This document shows positions 55,891-64,000 of a stretch of DNA of 64,000 nt, one piece after another. The DNA lies in the NCBI GenBank assembly GCA_964607485.1, contig CAZSKP010000014.1, forward strand, positions 36,085 through 100,084. The letters are read 5' to 3'. The translations under genes and the position numbers were made by a program. Numbering within the stretch: the stretch's first letter is position 1; every line of letters starts with the position of its first letter. The DNA is from an uncultured bacterium (GTDB lineage Bacteria > Abyssobacteria > SURF-5). The notes under the pieces are model-generated. The model was not told the DNA's origin. It ran no database searches and worked only from the letters and a program-made list of their open reading frames with translations.

Positions 55891-56436
55891 TCATACATCC
55901 CTTCTACGACGCCTTCTGGCCTGATCAAGAACCATTATGCCAACAATCAGCAAAGGGACCCCCGCTGCAACCGGCAACACCCGAGTTGTCTGCAGAACCG
56001 GTTTCTGCCGGACGTGAAATTGGATGGTCGGACTGGTAAACACTATATGGCTGCCACGGTCGGTGACGCTCACCACCACCCGGTAGTCGCCGCCCTTGAT
56101 CAGCCGCATGGGCCAGTCGGTCCGCAGCGACTCACCCGGTCCGAGGGCCGCACCGGTAATGGCCTTGTGTGCGCTCCAATCTTCCAGATCCACCGGCTGC
56201 TCATTTCCCGGGTCGATCTCTACGAGGCTGATCCAAGCGACCAAGCCTTCGATGGGTTTTGCGCCCGTATTGGTGATCGTGCTCCAGAATCGCAGGTGAT
56301 CCCCCATGATGGGCGCCGGTGGGTTTTGCTCATCCGGCCGCAGATCAAGGGTCAACGGCGCCTGGGCCGCGAATGCGACCGGTGCGAGCAAGGCCGTCAC
56401 CATAAAAGCTGGCAGAAGATATTTCCACATATTCAT
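55891..56436 (-). CDS. Exported beta-rich hypothetical protein with C-terminal membrane anchor
   Basis: Signal peptide, beta-strand-like body (ITNTG, GDYRVVVSV), C-terminal TM followed by an Arg run. Confidence 0.7.
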   Translation of the reverse strand: MNMWKYLLPAFMVTALLAPVAFAAQAPLTLDLRPDEQNPPAPIMGDHLRFWSTITNTGAKPIEGLVAWISLVEIDPGNEQPVDLEDWSAHKAITGAALGPGESLRTDWPMRLIKGGDYRVVVSVTDRGSHIVFTSPTIQFHVRQKPVLQTTRVLPVAAGVPLLIVGIMVLDQARRRRRRDV

Positions 56437-56448
56437 GATAGTTTCCTC

Positions 56449-57204
56449 TCATAGAAAATTGGGGTGGCGGGCACTGCGTCGGGCCGCCAGCAGACAAAGA
56501 ACCAACCACGCCGCCACCAGGGTAAGTCTTGCCAGTTGGGCGGAAAACGGTTCGCTGTCAATAATGACGCTGTCGAAGGTGTTGAGCGCCCCGGCGAACG
56601 GGTTTACCGCGTCCAGGCCGCGTCCGATGGCCGAGCCCCGCAGACCCGGGCCGAGCAGAAGCGGACTTGCGGTCAGCATCAGCAAGGTGACCGCGCTCAA
56701 CAGCGACGCCAACACACTGCCCGTGCGGGCGGATAGAGCCATGGCCAAATAGCCGAATCCCAGCACCACGGGCGTTCCAAAAAGGGCCAGGTAGAATATG
56801 GCCGCTCCAAGATTCTGGCCGCTCGCGCCCACGGCCCATAGATAAGGCATCGCCACCACAAACATGAAAACCCATGCACTCAGCAAGCCCAGGACCTTGC
56901 CGCTAAGCAAAGCGTTTGCGTCGACCGGCGCGCAGAGCAGCGGCACCAGCGTGCCTCGCTCCCTTTCACCGGCGTAAGCGTCGCTGCCTAGAATGGCTGC
57001 AAGCAGGGCTCCGGCCGCCAAGACCGTCCCGGTCATCATGTAAACTACTTCGGCATTGTCGAGCAGGCTGAGCTCGGTATTGCTGACCAAGAGCAGACTG
57101 AAAGCGGACAGAAGGCCGCTATAAGCTATCAGCCACAACAGGCCGCGCTGGCTACGCAGCATCTTCGCGCTCTCTTGGTAAGCGATTGTCCAATGCGCTT
57201 TCAT
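56449..57204 (-). CDS. ABC-2 type permease (NosY-like)
   Basis: AGERERGTL..LL.AP, GK motif, about six TM helices; ATGA overlap with the ATPase gene. Confidence 0.88.
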   Translation of the reverse strand: MKAHWTIAYQESAKMLRSQRGLLWLIAYSGLLSAFSLLLVSNTELSLLDNAEVVYMMTGTVLAAGALLAAILGSDAYAGERERGTLVPLLCAPVDANALLSGKVLGLLSAWVFMFVVAMPYLWAVGASGQNLGAAIFYLALFGTPVVLGFGYLAMALSARTGSVLASLLSAVTLLMLTASPLLLGPGLRGSAIGRGLDAVNPFAGALNTFDSVIIDSEPFSAQLARLTLVAAWLVLCLLAARRSARHPNFL

Positions 57205-58136
57205 ATTGCCGCCTCCTGTGCGTGAGCGGAATCCGGTGCGGTGATGTTCAAGTAGAGTTCTTCCAAGCTCGACGCTTCGGAGCGAATCTCCAGGACGCGC
57301 CAGCCGCGTTGCCACAGTTTTCCCCAGATGGCGGAAGGTCCGCCGGGGATTCCAGATTGGAGCTGAACGCGCCACCAGCCGCCTTCGATGGCCAGCAGGG
57401 AAACCCCGGCCGGAAGATTGGAAGTATCCGGCGTACCTTCCATGCGCAGACGATAAGAGTATCCGGCCCCCCGTTCCGCCAGTAAATCGCCAAGGCCGCC
57501 CTCGAGGCGGGTGCGGCCCTGATCGATAATTCCAATGCGGCTGCACAGGCGGTCCACATCGTCGAGCAGGTGCGTGCACAACAGTACTCCGGTCTTGCCA
57601 TCGGCCGCAAAATTCAATAACAGATCGTGAATCTCGCGCCGTCCCTTGGGGTCGAGCCCATTGGTGGGTTCGTCCAGAATCAGGAGCCTGGGATGCGGCG
57701 CCAAGGCTCTGGCCACGGCCAGGCGCTGCTTCATTCCTCTGGAATATGTCCCTATGGGACGATGCCTCACCGAGCCGAGCCCCACCTCTTCCAGCAGCTC
57801 CCGAATGTCCTTCTCGTTTTGAGGCTGTCCATACAAACAGCTATACCAGTCCAGGTAGGCGGGCGCCGTCATCCAATCATAAAACCCCGCCTGCTCCGGC
57901 ATGACACCGACGTCTCGGCGGATATCCAGGGCATGGTCAGCGGGATCGTGATTCAGCACGCGGATTCGGCCGCCGCTGCGCTCGCGCAAGCCCAACAAAG
58001 CGAAAATGGTTGTGGACTTGCCGGCCCCGTTGGGCCCCAGCAAACCGTAGATATCACCGGGTTGCAGGTGCAGATCGACACCCTTAAGGATTTCCTTTCC
58101 CTCAATATGTAACTGCAGGTTCTCGATGCTTATCAT
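57201..58136 (-). CDS. ABC transporter ATP-binding protein (CcmA/DrrA type)
   Basis: GPNGAGKST, YSRGMKQR, LILDEPTNGLDP, H-loop CTH. Confidence 0.95.
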   Translation of the reverse strand: MISIENLQLHIEGKEILKGVDLHLQPGDIYGLLGPNGAGKSTTIFALLGLRERSGGRIRVLNHDPADHALDIRRDVGVMPEQAGFYDWMTAPAYLDWYSCLYGQPQNEKDIRELLEEVGLGSVRHRPIGTYSRGMKQRLAVARALAPHPRLLILDEPTNGLDPKGRREIHDLLLNFAADGKTGVLLCTHLLDDVDRLCSRIGIIDQGRTRLEGGLGDLLAERGAGYSYRLRMEGTPDTSNLPAGVSLLAIEGGWWRVQLQSGIPGGPSAIWGKLWQRGWRVLEIRSEASSLEELYLNITAPDSAHAQEAAI

Positions 58137-58190
58137 GGCGTTAGCCTCACAAAATGGAATCAAAGTTGAGCGATTTTGCCCGCAACCACC

Positions 58191-58212
58191 CGTCATGCCT
58201 GCGAAAGCAGGC
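58191..58212. repeat. Single truncated REP-like unit related to 38988-39067
   Basis: CGTCATGCCTGCGAAAGCAGGC. Confidence 0.55.
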
Positions 58213-58555
58213 CGGGATCGGCGTATCCCCTCTGCCAGATACTATATCACTGATGAATGAAAATGGTATACTGTGCACAAATCGGCCTTACGATACAGGA
58301 GCTTATTCTCCCTATAAGCCTTGATGTGCTGCACATTTACGAGGTCTTGAATGAGAACGTTGAATGCTGTGGGCGAATCCGAAGGTACAGGCTTCAAATG
58401 GTTGGGCGTTTGGCCAAGACCCCTTTTCTTGGAATTGGAGGCCCCACGGACTACTGTGGGAAGCGGCGCTTTACTAAATACAATAAACATGATATGTTCT
58501 CTGGAGCTTGGAGCAGCCCAAAACGCACCGAGGAAACGAAAGAGAGTGAGCCGGA

Positions 58556-59962
58556 ATGACGTCATCAATCATAAGAACACTGCAGAAGGCATTGGGGCCT
58601 GAGAAGGTCCTCACCGACTCAAACACGCTGAGCGAGAGAAGACACGACTACTGGGTGCTGAGCCAGTTGGAGGACATGCAGGGACGCGGCGCGCCCAACC
58701 CCGCGTGCGTCGTACAGCCGGCCGAAACCGCCGACGTGGTCGCCGTCGTGAACGCCTGCCGCGAGAGCGCGACGCCGCTCGTGCCGTTCGGGCTGGGTTC
58801 GGGCGTATGCGGAGGGGTGAAGGTGGACGCCGCCACCGTGCTGTTGGACATGAGCGCGATGAATCGGACCCGCAAAATCGACGTGGACAACCTGCTCGCC
58901 ACGTTCGAGGCAGGAGTCAGAGGGGCCGACGCGGAAGCGGCCCTGGCCAAGCGCGGGCTGATGTCGGGCCACTACCCCCAATCTATCGACGTGAGCAGCG
59001 TTGGCGGCTGGGTGGCTACCCGCTCGGCCGGGCAGTTCTCGAGCGCTTATGGCAGCATAGAGGACGTGCTGCTCGGGCTGGAAGTCGTCCTGCCAAACGG
59101 AGAAGTGCTGGAGACGCGCCTGACCCCCCGCTCCTCCACGGGACCCGACCTGAAAAACATCTTCCTGGGCAGCGAGGGGACTCTGGGCGTAATCACCGCG
59201 GTCACGCTTTCCGTCCGCTGGAAACCCGAGAAGCAGGACTACAGCGTCTATCACGCGCCGAGCATGGATGCCGGCTTCGATGTCCAGCGCCTCATCGTCC
59301 AGTCGGGGTGGGCCCCGCCCGTGATGCGGCAATACGACACGGCGGAGGCATGGCGCCTGTTTCCCGACCAGGCCCGGGGCAACGACGCCCTGCTGGTCCT
59401 CGTGCACGAGGGGCCCGCGGTCAGAGTCGAGGCGGAAAAAGCGGCATGCGCCACCTTGGCCGCCGGAGCCGACTGCGAGCCAGCGCCGACGGCGGCCGCG
59501 GAAAAGTGGATGGAAGAACGCAACGATGTCCCCACGTTTGAAGAGTTTCTGAAGAACGGCGTCATTCTCGATACGATCGAAATAGCCGCCACGTGGGACC
59601 GCATCGGCGCCATCTATCGCGACGCCGTGGCTTCGCTCAGCGAGGTCGAGAACATATTGAACGCGTCCGCCCATAGTTCCCACTCGTATCGCTCGGGCAC
59701 GAATCTCTATTTCACGTTCGCCGCTCGGCCCGACGACCCGAACGACATGGCCGCGACGTACAACGAATGCTGGCGTCGAACGCTGGAGGCCACCGTCGCG
59801 AACGGCGGCGGAATCTCGCACCACCACGGCATAGGACGCCTGCGCCGCGACTGGCTGCCCAGGGAACTGGGAGGGGCGGGCGTCGGAGTGCTTCGGAGCA
59901 TCAAACAGGCCCTGGACCCGACCAACTTCATGAATCCGGGGGTGCTGATACCAGACAGGTGA
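58556..59962 (+). CDS. FAD-linked oxidoreductase, VAO/GlcD family (alkyl-DHAP synthase-like)
   Basis: PFGLGSGVCGG, GHYPQS, GGWVATRSAGQFS..YG.IED, GSEGTLGVIT, HSSHSY, SHHHGIG, MNPG. Confidence 0.85.
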   Translation: MTSSIIRTLQKALGPEKVLTDSNTLSERRHDYWVLSQLEDMQGRGAPNPACVVQPAETADVVAVVNACRESATPLVPFGLGSGVCGGVKVDAATVLLDMSAMNRTRKIDVDNLLATFEAGVRGADAEAALAKRGLMSGHYPQSIDVSSVGGWVATRSAGQFSSAYGSIEDVLLGLEVVLPNGEVLETRLTPRSSTGPDLKNIFLGSEGTLGVITAVTLSVRWKPEKQDYSVYHAPSMDAGFDVQRLIVQSGWAPPVMRQYDTAEAWRLFPDQARGNDALLVLVHEGPAVRVEAEKAACATLAAGADCEPAPTAAAEKWMEERNDVPTFEEFLKNGVILDTIEIAATWDRIGAIYRDAVASLSEVENILNASAHSSHSYRSGTNLYFTFAARPDDPNDMAATYNECWRRTLEATVANGGGISHHHGIGRLRRDWLPRELGGAGVGVLRSIKQALDPTNFMNPGVLIPDR

Positions 59963-59976
59963 GAAGGAGACGGGAC

Positions 59977-60873
59977 ATGACACAGGCGAAGGCAAACGAC
60001 ATTCAATTAGAGTACGACACATTCGGCGACATTTCATCGCCGCCGCTCGTGTTAATCATGGGCCTCGGCGTTCAAATGATAATGTGGGACGAGGAGTTCT
60101 GCCGGCAGCTTGCTCAGAAAGGGCATTACGTGATCCGGTTCGACAATCGGGACATCGGCCTTTCAACCAAGTTCGACGACGCCGGAGCGCCGGACGTGAT
60201 GAAGGCATTGAGCGCCCTGATGCAAGGCAAAAAGGTCGATGCCCCTTACTCGCTGGACGATATGGCCGACGACACGGTCGGACTGATGGACGCGCTCGGC
60301 ATCGACACGGCTCACGTCTGCGGCGCGTCGATGGGAGGGATGATCGCCCAGACCATTGCCATCCGCCATCCGGCGCGCGTCAGGAGCCTCACCTCGATAA
60401 TGTCCACCACGGGCGCCCTCGACCTGCCCCAGCCCAAGCCGGAGATCATGGCCTTCCTGCTCACACCGCCGCCGCAAGAGCGCGAGGCGAACATAGAACA
60501 CGGCCTGAAACTGTGGCGAACGATCGGAAGCCCCGGTTTTCCCCCCGATGAGGAGCGGATACGAAGAATGGCGGCGCTTTCCTACGACCGATGTTTTCAT
60601 CCTGAAGGCGTCGCCCGACAGATTATGGCAGTCTGGGCGCAAGGCGACAGGACGCCGGCGCTCAAGTCGGTGACGACGCCCACCCTGGTCATCCACGGAG
60701 CCGCCGACCCGCTGCTTCTGGTCGAGTGCGGCGAGGCCACGGCAAGGGCCGTGCCCGGCTCATCGCTCCTCGTCATCGAGGGCATGGGCCACGACCTCCC
60801 CGTCGGCGCCTGGCCGCAAATCATCGATGCAATCGCCGCGCACACAAGCAAAGCGGGTCAAGCGGTTGCGTGA
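59977..60873 (+). CDS. Alpha/beta-fold hydrolase
   Basis: LIMGLG, IRFDNRDIGLS, GASMGGMI, IHGAADP, GMGHD; ATG after AAGGAG. Confidence 0.92.
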   Translation: MTQAKANDIQLEYDTFGDISSPPLVLIMGLGVQMIMWDEEFCRQLAQKGHYVIRFDNRDIGLSTKFDDAGAPDVMKALSALMQGKKVDAPYSLDDMADDTVGLMDALGIDTAHVCGASMGGMIAQTIAIRHPARVRSLTSIMSTTGALDLPQPKPEIMAFLLTPPPQEREANIEHGLKLWRTIGSPGFPPDEERIRRMAALSYDRCFHPEGVARQIMAVWAQGDRTPALKSVTTPTLVIHGAADPLLLVECGEATARAVPGSSLLVIEGMGHDLPVGAWPQIIDAIAAHTSKAGQAVA

Positions 60874-60914
60874 AGGCGCCGGGCAGCTTCATACGCTGAA
60901 GCGAGGCTCAGAGA

Positions 60915-61667
60915 GTGCCGGCTGAAAAATCAGAGGCCATAGTTCTGCACACGTATAACCTCACGGAGTCGAGCAAGATAGTCGTGTTGCTCACTCCGCT
61001 CAGAGGCAAGGTGCGCGCCGTGGCCAAGGGCGTGAGGCGCACAAAGAGCAAGTTCGGGAGCGCGCTCGAGCCCATGACCCATGTGGAGGTGCAGGTCCAC
61101 TTCAAGGAGGGCCGCGACCTCCAGACGCTTTCGCAGGCGGAGACCCGCGAATCTTTTCCAACCATTCGTTCGGACCTTTCGCGGCTGGGACTGGCCTCGG
61201 TGATGTGCGAGCTGATGGAGCAGTTCGTCCAGGAGGGCGAGGAATCCGCCCGATTGTTCGTGCTCCTGCTCATCTCGCTGAAGACGCTTGCGTGCACGTC
61301 GAAAAACTATGAGAGCCTGCTGATTTCCTTCTACATGAAACTTCTCGACATCTCCGGCCTTCTGCCCGAACTGAGCCAGTGCGTTCGCTGCAAGGGCGGG
61401 CTTCGGGAACGCGCCTATCTCGATGCGAGCGCGGGCGGCGCGCTGTGCGGGAAGTGCAGCGGCGGCGCGGGAGAGAAGGTGTCCGCCGGTTCGCTCACAA
61501 TAATGCGCCGGCTGTTGTCCTCGGACTGGACCATGCTCGAGCGCATCCGTCTCGGGGCGGCGTCTGCCGAGGAGATTCTGAGCGCGCTCAACGCGTACAT
61601 ACTCCATCATACCGGCCGCGAGCTCAGGTCGGCCAAGTTCCTCCGCAGCCTGTCGAAACTGAGGTGA
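60915..61667 (+). CDS. recO: DNA repair protein RecO
   Basis: AIVL..E.SKIV.LLT..GKV.AVAKG.R..KS.FG..LEP; CVRC...CGKC zinc finger. Confidence 0.93.
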   Translation: MPAEKSEAIVLHTYNLTESSKIVVLLTPLRGKVRAVAKGVRRTKSKFGSALEPMTHVEVQVHFKEGRDLQTLSQAETRESFPTIRSDLSRLGLASVMCELMEQFVQEGEESARLFVLLLISLKTLACTSKNYESLLISFYMKLLDISGLLPELSQCVRCKGGLRERAYLDASAGGALCGKCSGGAGEKVSAGSLTIMRRLLSSDWTMLERIRLGAASAEEILSALNAYILHHTGRELRSAKFLRSLSKLR

Positions 61668-61686
61668 CGGAGCGCGCCGGGGCCGC

Positions 61687-61715
61687 TTGCAAAAATCAGC
61701 GGACTGTGTTATATA
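61687..61715 (+). promoter_or_regulatory. Putative sigma-70 promoter for the pilT genes
   Basis: TTGCAA-17 nt-TATATA with extended TG. Confidence 0.45.
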
Positions 61716-61807
61716 AAGCTATCAACTATTCACAGCATAACGGTCCTTAGGATCGGCCAAACCCACACCTTAGCGTCGGGCCTGCCCGTTTTCACGGAGA
61801 AGTCCAC

Positions 61808-62890
61808 TTGGCAGAAGTTGACAGAATACTTGCCGAAGCCGTCAAGCTAGGGGCATCGGACATACACCTTTGTGCCAACACGGTTCCCATGATTCGCCTC
61901 TGGGGCGAGATAAAGCCCTTGCCCGCCCACTCGGAGGTGCCGGCGGAGGAAAACAAGCGGCGTCTGTTCGAGATACTCACGACCAGACAGATTGAGGACC
62001 TGGGCCGAAACCTCGCCATAGACATCTCGTACGTCGTGGAAAAGCTCGGGCGGTTCAGGGTCAACATTCATCACGAGGATAGAGGCATCTCCGGCTCGTT
62101 CCGGGTGGTTCCTTCGAAGATAAGAACGGTGGAAGAGCTGAGCCTGCCCGAGGCGGCGAAGAATCTCACGCGGCTTCATCAGGGGCTTGTGCTCGTGACA
62201 GGTCCGTCGGGCTGCGGCAAGTCCACAACGCTGGCCGCATTGATCGACCTGATTAACAGGGAATCCCGCCGTCACATCATTTGCATCGAGGACCCGGTCG
62301 AATTCGTGCACAGGAGCGGCCTGTCCCACATCGACCAGCGCGAGGTGGGGGTGCATACGCGCAGCTTCACCACCGCGTTGAGGGCGGCCTTGCGCGAGGA
62401 CCCCGACGTGATTCTCGTGGGCGAGATGCGCGACCTGGAGACCATCGCGATGGCGATAACCGCCTCCGAGACGGGGCACCTCGTGTTCAGCACCCTCCAC
62501 ACCCGCAACGCGGCGAAAACGATCGAGCGGATAATAAACGTGTTTCCCCCCGACCAGATTGCGCAGATACGCACGATGCTGGCGGAATCGCTGGCCGGAG
62601 TCATCTCGCAACAGCTCATCCGAAATTCAAGGGGCACGGGCCGCGTGCTGGCTCTGGAGATCCTGCTGCGCACGACGGCGCTCGCCACACTCATACGCGA
62701 AGGCAACACGTATCGCATTCCTTCGCTCATGCAGACCGGCAAGAGATACGGGATGATGCTCATGGACGACCACATTGCGTCTCTTTACAAGAGCGGCCTC
62801 ATCGACCCGAAGCACGCTCTCGAGAAGGTGATCGACCGTGAGGAGTTCTTAAGCCTGATGGGGGGCAAGACAAGCCCTGCCAAAACCTAG
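61808..62890 (+). CDS. pilT: Type IV pilus retraction ATPase (PilT/PilU family)
   Basis: ASDIHL, GPSGCGKSTT, IEDPVE, AALREDPDVILVGEMRD, ETGHLVFSTLHT. Confidence 0.92.
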   Translation: MAEVDRILAEAVKLGASDIHLCANTVPMIRLWGEIKPLPAHSEVPAEENKRRLFEILTTRQIEDLGRNLAIDISYVVEKLGRFRVNIHHEDRGISGSFRVVPSKIRTVEELSLPEAAKNLTRLHQGLVLVTGPSGCGKSTTLAALIDLINRESRRHIICIEDPVEFVHRSGLSHIDQREVGVHTRSFTTALRAALREDPDVILVGEMRDLETIAMAITASETGHLVFSTLHTRNAAKTIERIINVFPPDQIAQIRTMLAESLAGVISQQLIRNSRGTGRVLALEILLRTTALATLIREGNTYRIPSLMQTGKRYGMMLMDDHIASLYKSGLIDPKHALEKVIDREEFLSLMGGKTSPAKT

Positions 62891-62911
62891 AACGACTTTT
62901 CGGGAGGCTCT

Positions 62912-63970
62912 TTGCCCGCGGAGATCGACAGATTCCTGAGGTTCCTGGTCAAACACGACGGCTCCGACCTGATGCTTGCCTCGGGCTCGAAGCCGATGGC
63001 GCGCGTGCACGGCGACTTGTTCGCGCTCGATTTCGGACAAGACAGCTCGGTGCTCACTACCGACAACACCCGTAACCTCATCTACGAGATACTCACCGAC
63101 GAACAGATACGACGCTTCGAGCGTTCGGGCGACCTGGATTTCGCCTACGAAGTGCCTGACTGCGCACGTTTCAGATGCAACGCGTACAAACAGACGAAGG
63201 GCGTGGGCATCGTCCTGCGGACCATCCCGACCAAGATCAAGACCATCGAGGAGCTCGGTCTGCCTTCGGGAGTGAAGCAGCTTGCCCGCTCCACGCGAGG
63301 GTTCATCCTCGTCACGGGACCGACCGGAAGCGGGAAGACGACCACGCTGGCCGCAATGATAGACCTCATAAACCATGAGCGCCGCACCCACATAGTCACG
63401 ATCGAGGAACCGATCGAGTATGTTCACAAGAATATCCGATCCCTGATAACACAGCGCGAGGTGGGACCGCACACGCATAGTTTCAAGGCGGCTTTGCGGG
63501 GAGCCGTCAGGCAGGACCCCGACATCATACTCGTCGGCGAGATGCGCGACCTCGACACCATCTCGATGGCGCTGACGACGGCCGAGATGGGCGCGCTCGT
63601 GTTCGGAACGCTTCACACGACGAGCGCCGCAAAGACAGTCAACAGGATCATCGACGTGTTCCCGTTCGAAGAGCGCAACCGCATCCGCGCCCTGCTTGCC
63701 GAGGCCCTCACGGGCGTGGTGGCGCAGCAGCTTGTCAGGAGGGCGGACAAGAAGGGCCGCGTCGCCGTGGCGGAAATATTGATAGGCACATCCGCAATTT
63801 CGAACACGATCAGGGAGGGAAAAATTGAGCAGATGGTCTCGCTCATGGAGACCGGGAAGAAATACGGAATGCAGATGTTAGACGAGCACCTGACGCAGCT
63901 CGTTCAAAAGATGGTCATCACCCCCTCCTCCGCGCGCAAGGTCGCAACCAACAAGAGCCTGTTCCGCTAA
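62912..63970 (+). CDS. pilT: Second type IV pilus retraction ATPase (PilT/PilU family)
   Basis: GPTGSGKTTT, IEEPIEY, RQDPDIILVGEMRD, FGTLHT, AISNTIRE. Confidence 0.9.
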   Translation: MPAEIDRFLRFLVKHDGSDLMLASGSKPMARVHGDLFALDFGQDSSVLTTDNTRNLIYEILTDEQIRRFERSGDLDFAYEVPDCARFRCNAYKQTKGVGIVLRTIPTKIKTIEELGLPSGVKQLARSTRGFILVTGPTGSGKTTTLAAMIDLINHERRTHIVTIEEPIEYVHKNIRSLITQREVGPHTHSFKAALRGAVRQDPDIILVGEMRDLDTISMALTTAEMGALVFGTLHTTSAAKTVNRIIDVFPFEERNRIRALLAEALTGVVAQQLVRRADKKGRVAVAEILIGTSAISNTIREGKIEQMVSLMETGKKYGMQMLDEHLTQLVQKMVITPSSARKVATNKSLFR

Positions 63971-64000
63971 TGGTCGCGCGAGAAGCGGATGTGGTCAAAC

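Noticed and set aside
58242-58602. Short ORFs in the lower-GC gap before the FAD oxidoreductase
   Set aside because: Three overlapping frames with no motif or clear RBS; none can be supported
61808-63970. Tandem pilT paralogs as a novelty
   Set aside because: Adjacent PilT/PilU-family pairs are common in type IV pilus-bearing bacteria

Overview
Bacterial chromosomal window, mostly GC-rich, with a gene content suggesting an anaerobe. Housekeeping flanks: left, the end of a histidine kinase gene, an NtrC-type regulator, DUF167, purine nucleoside phosphorylase, PIN/TRAM, ispD, ispF, gltX, HU/IHF, MerR-like gene and tRNA-Pro(GGG); right, recO and two pilT-family ATPases. The tRNA-Pro 3' half is repeated twice downstream (11577-11621 exact, 16733-16781 degenerate), bounding two tandem islets with no integrase. 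Islet 1 carries a ParB-methyltransferase, an SPL-like radical SAM gene and a hypothetical gene; islet 2 carries a heme-c hybrid kinase and an HD-GYP regulator. An sxtJ/K/I-like carbamoyltransferase and SGNH cluster follows. The most unusual element is a two-gene operon (21216-29838, minus strand). One gene encodes a ~1760-aa fusion of unknown domain + degenerate GAPDH + Cys-intact divergent GAPDH + PGK. The other encodes a ~1100-aa dikinase that keeps the PPDK ATP-grasp and phospho-His domains, lacks the pyruvate-binding barrel, and has an N-terminal helical region that by eye resembles plant glucan/phosphoglucan water dikinases. The rest is catabolic: TetR/aminotransferase, PLP deaminase, RraA/IlvD, ACAD/DUF35/thiolase, xylA-xylB-GH3, and a second unusual operon (MerR, GMC oxidoreductase, ACS-like fragment, CooC-like ATPase, 2-hydroxyacyl-CoA dehydratase pair with activator, SCP2). 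All calls come from motif recognition by eye; no searches were run.
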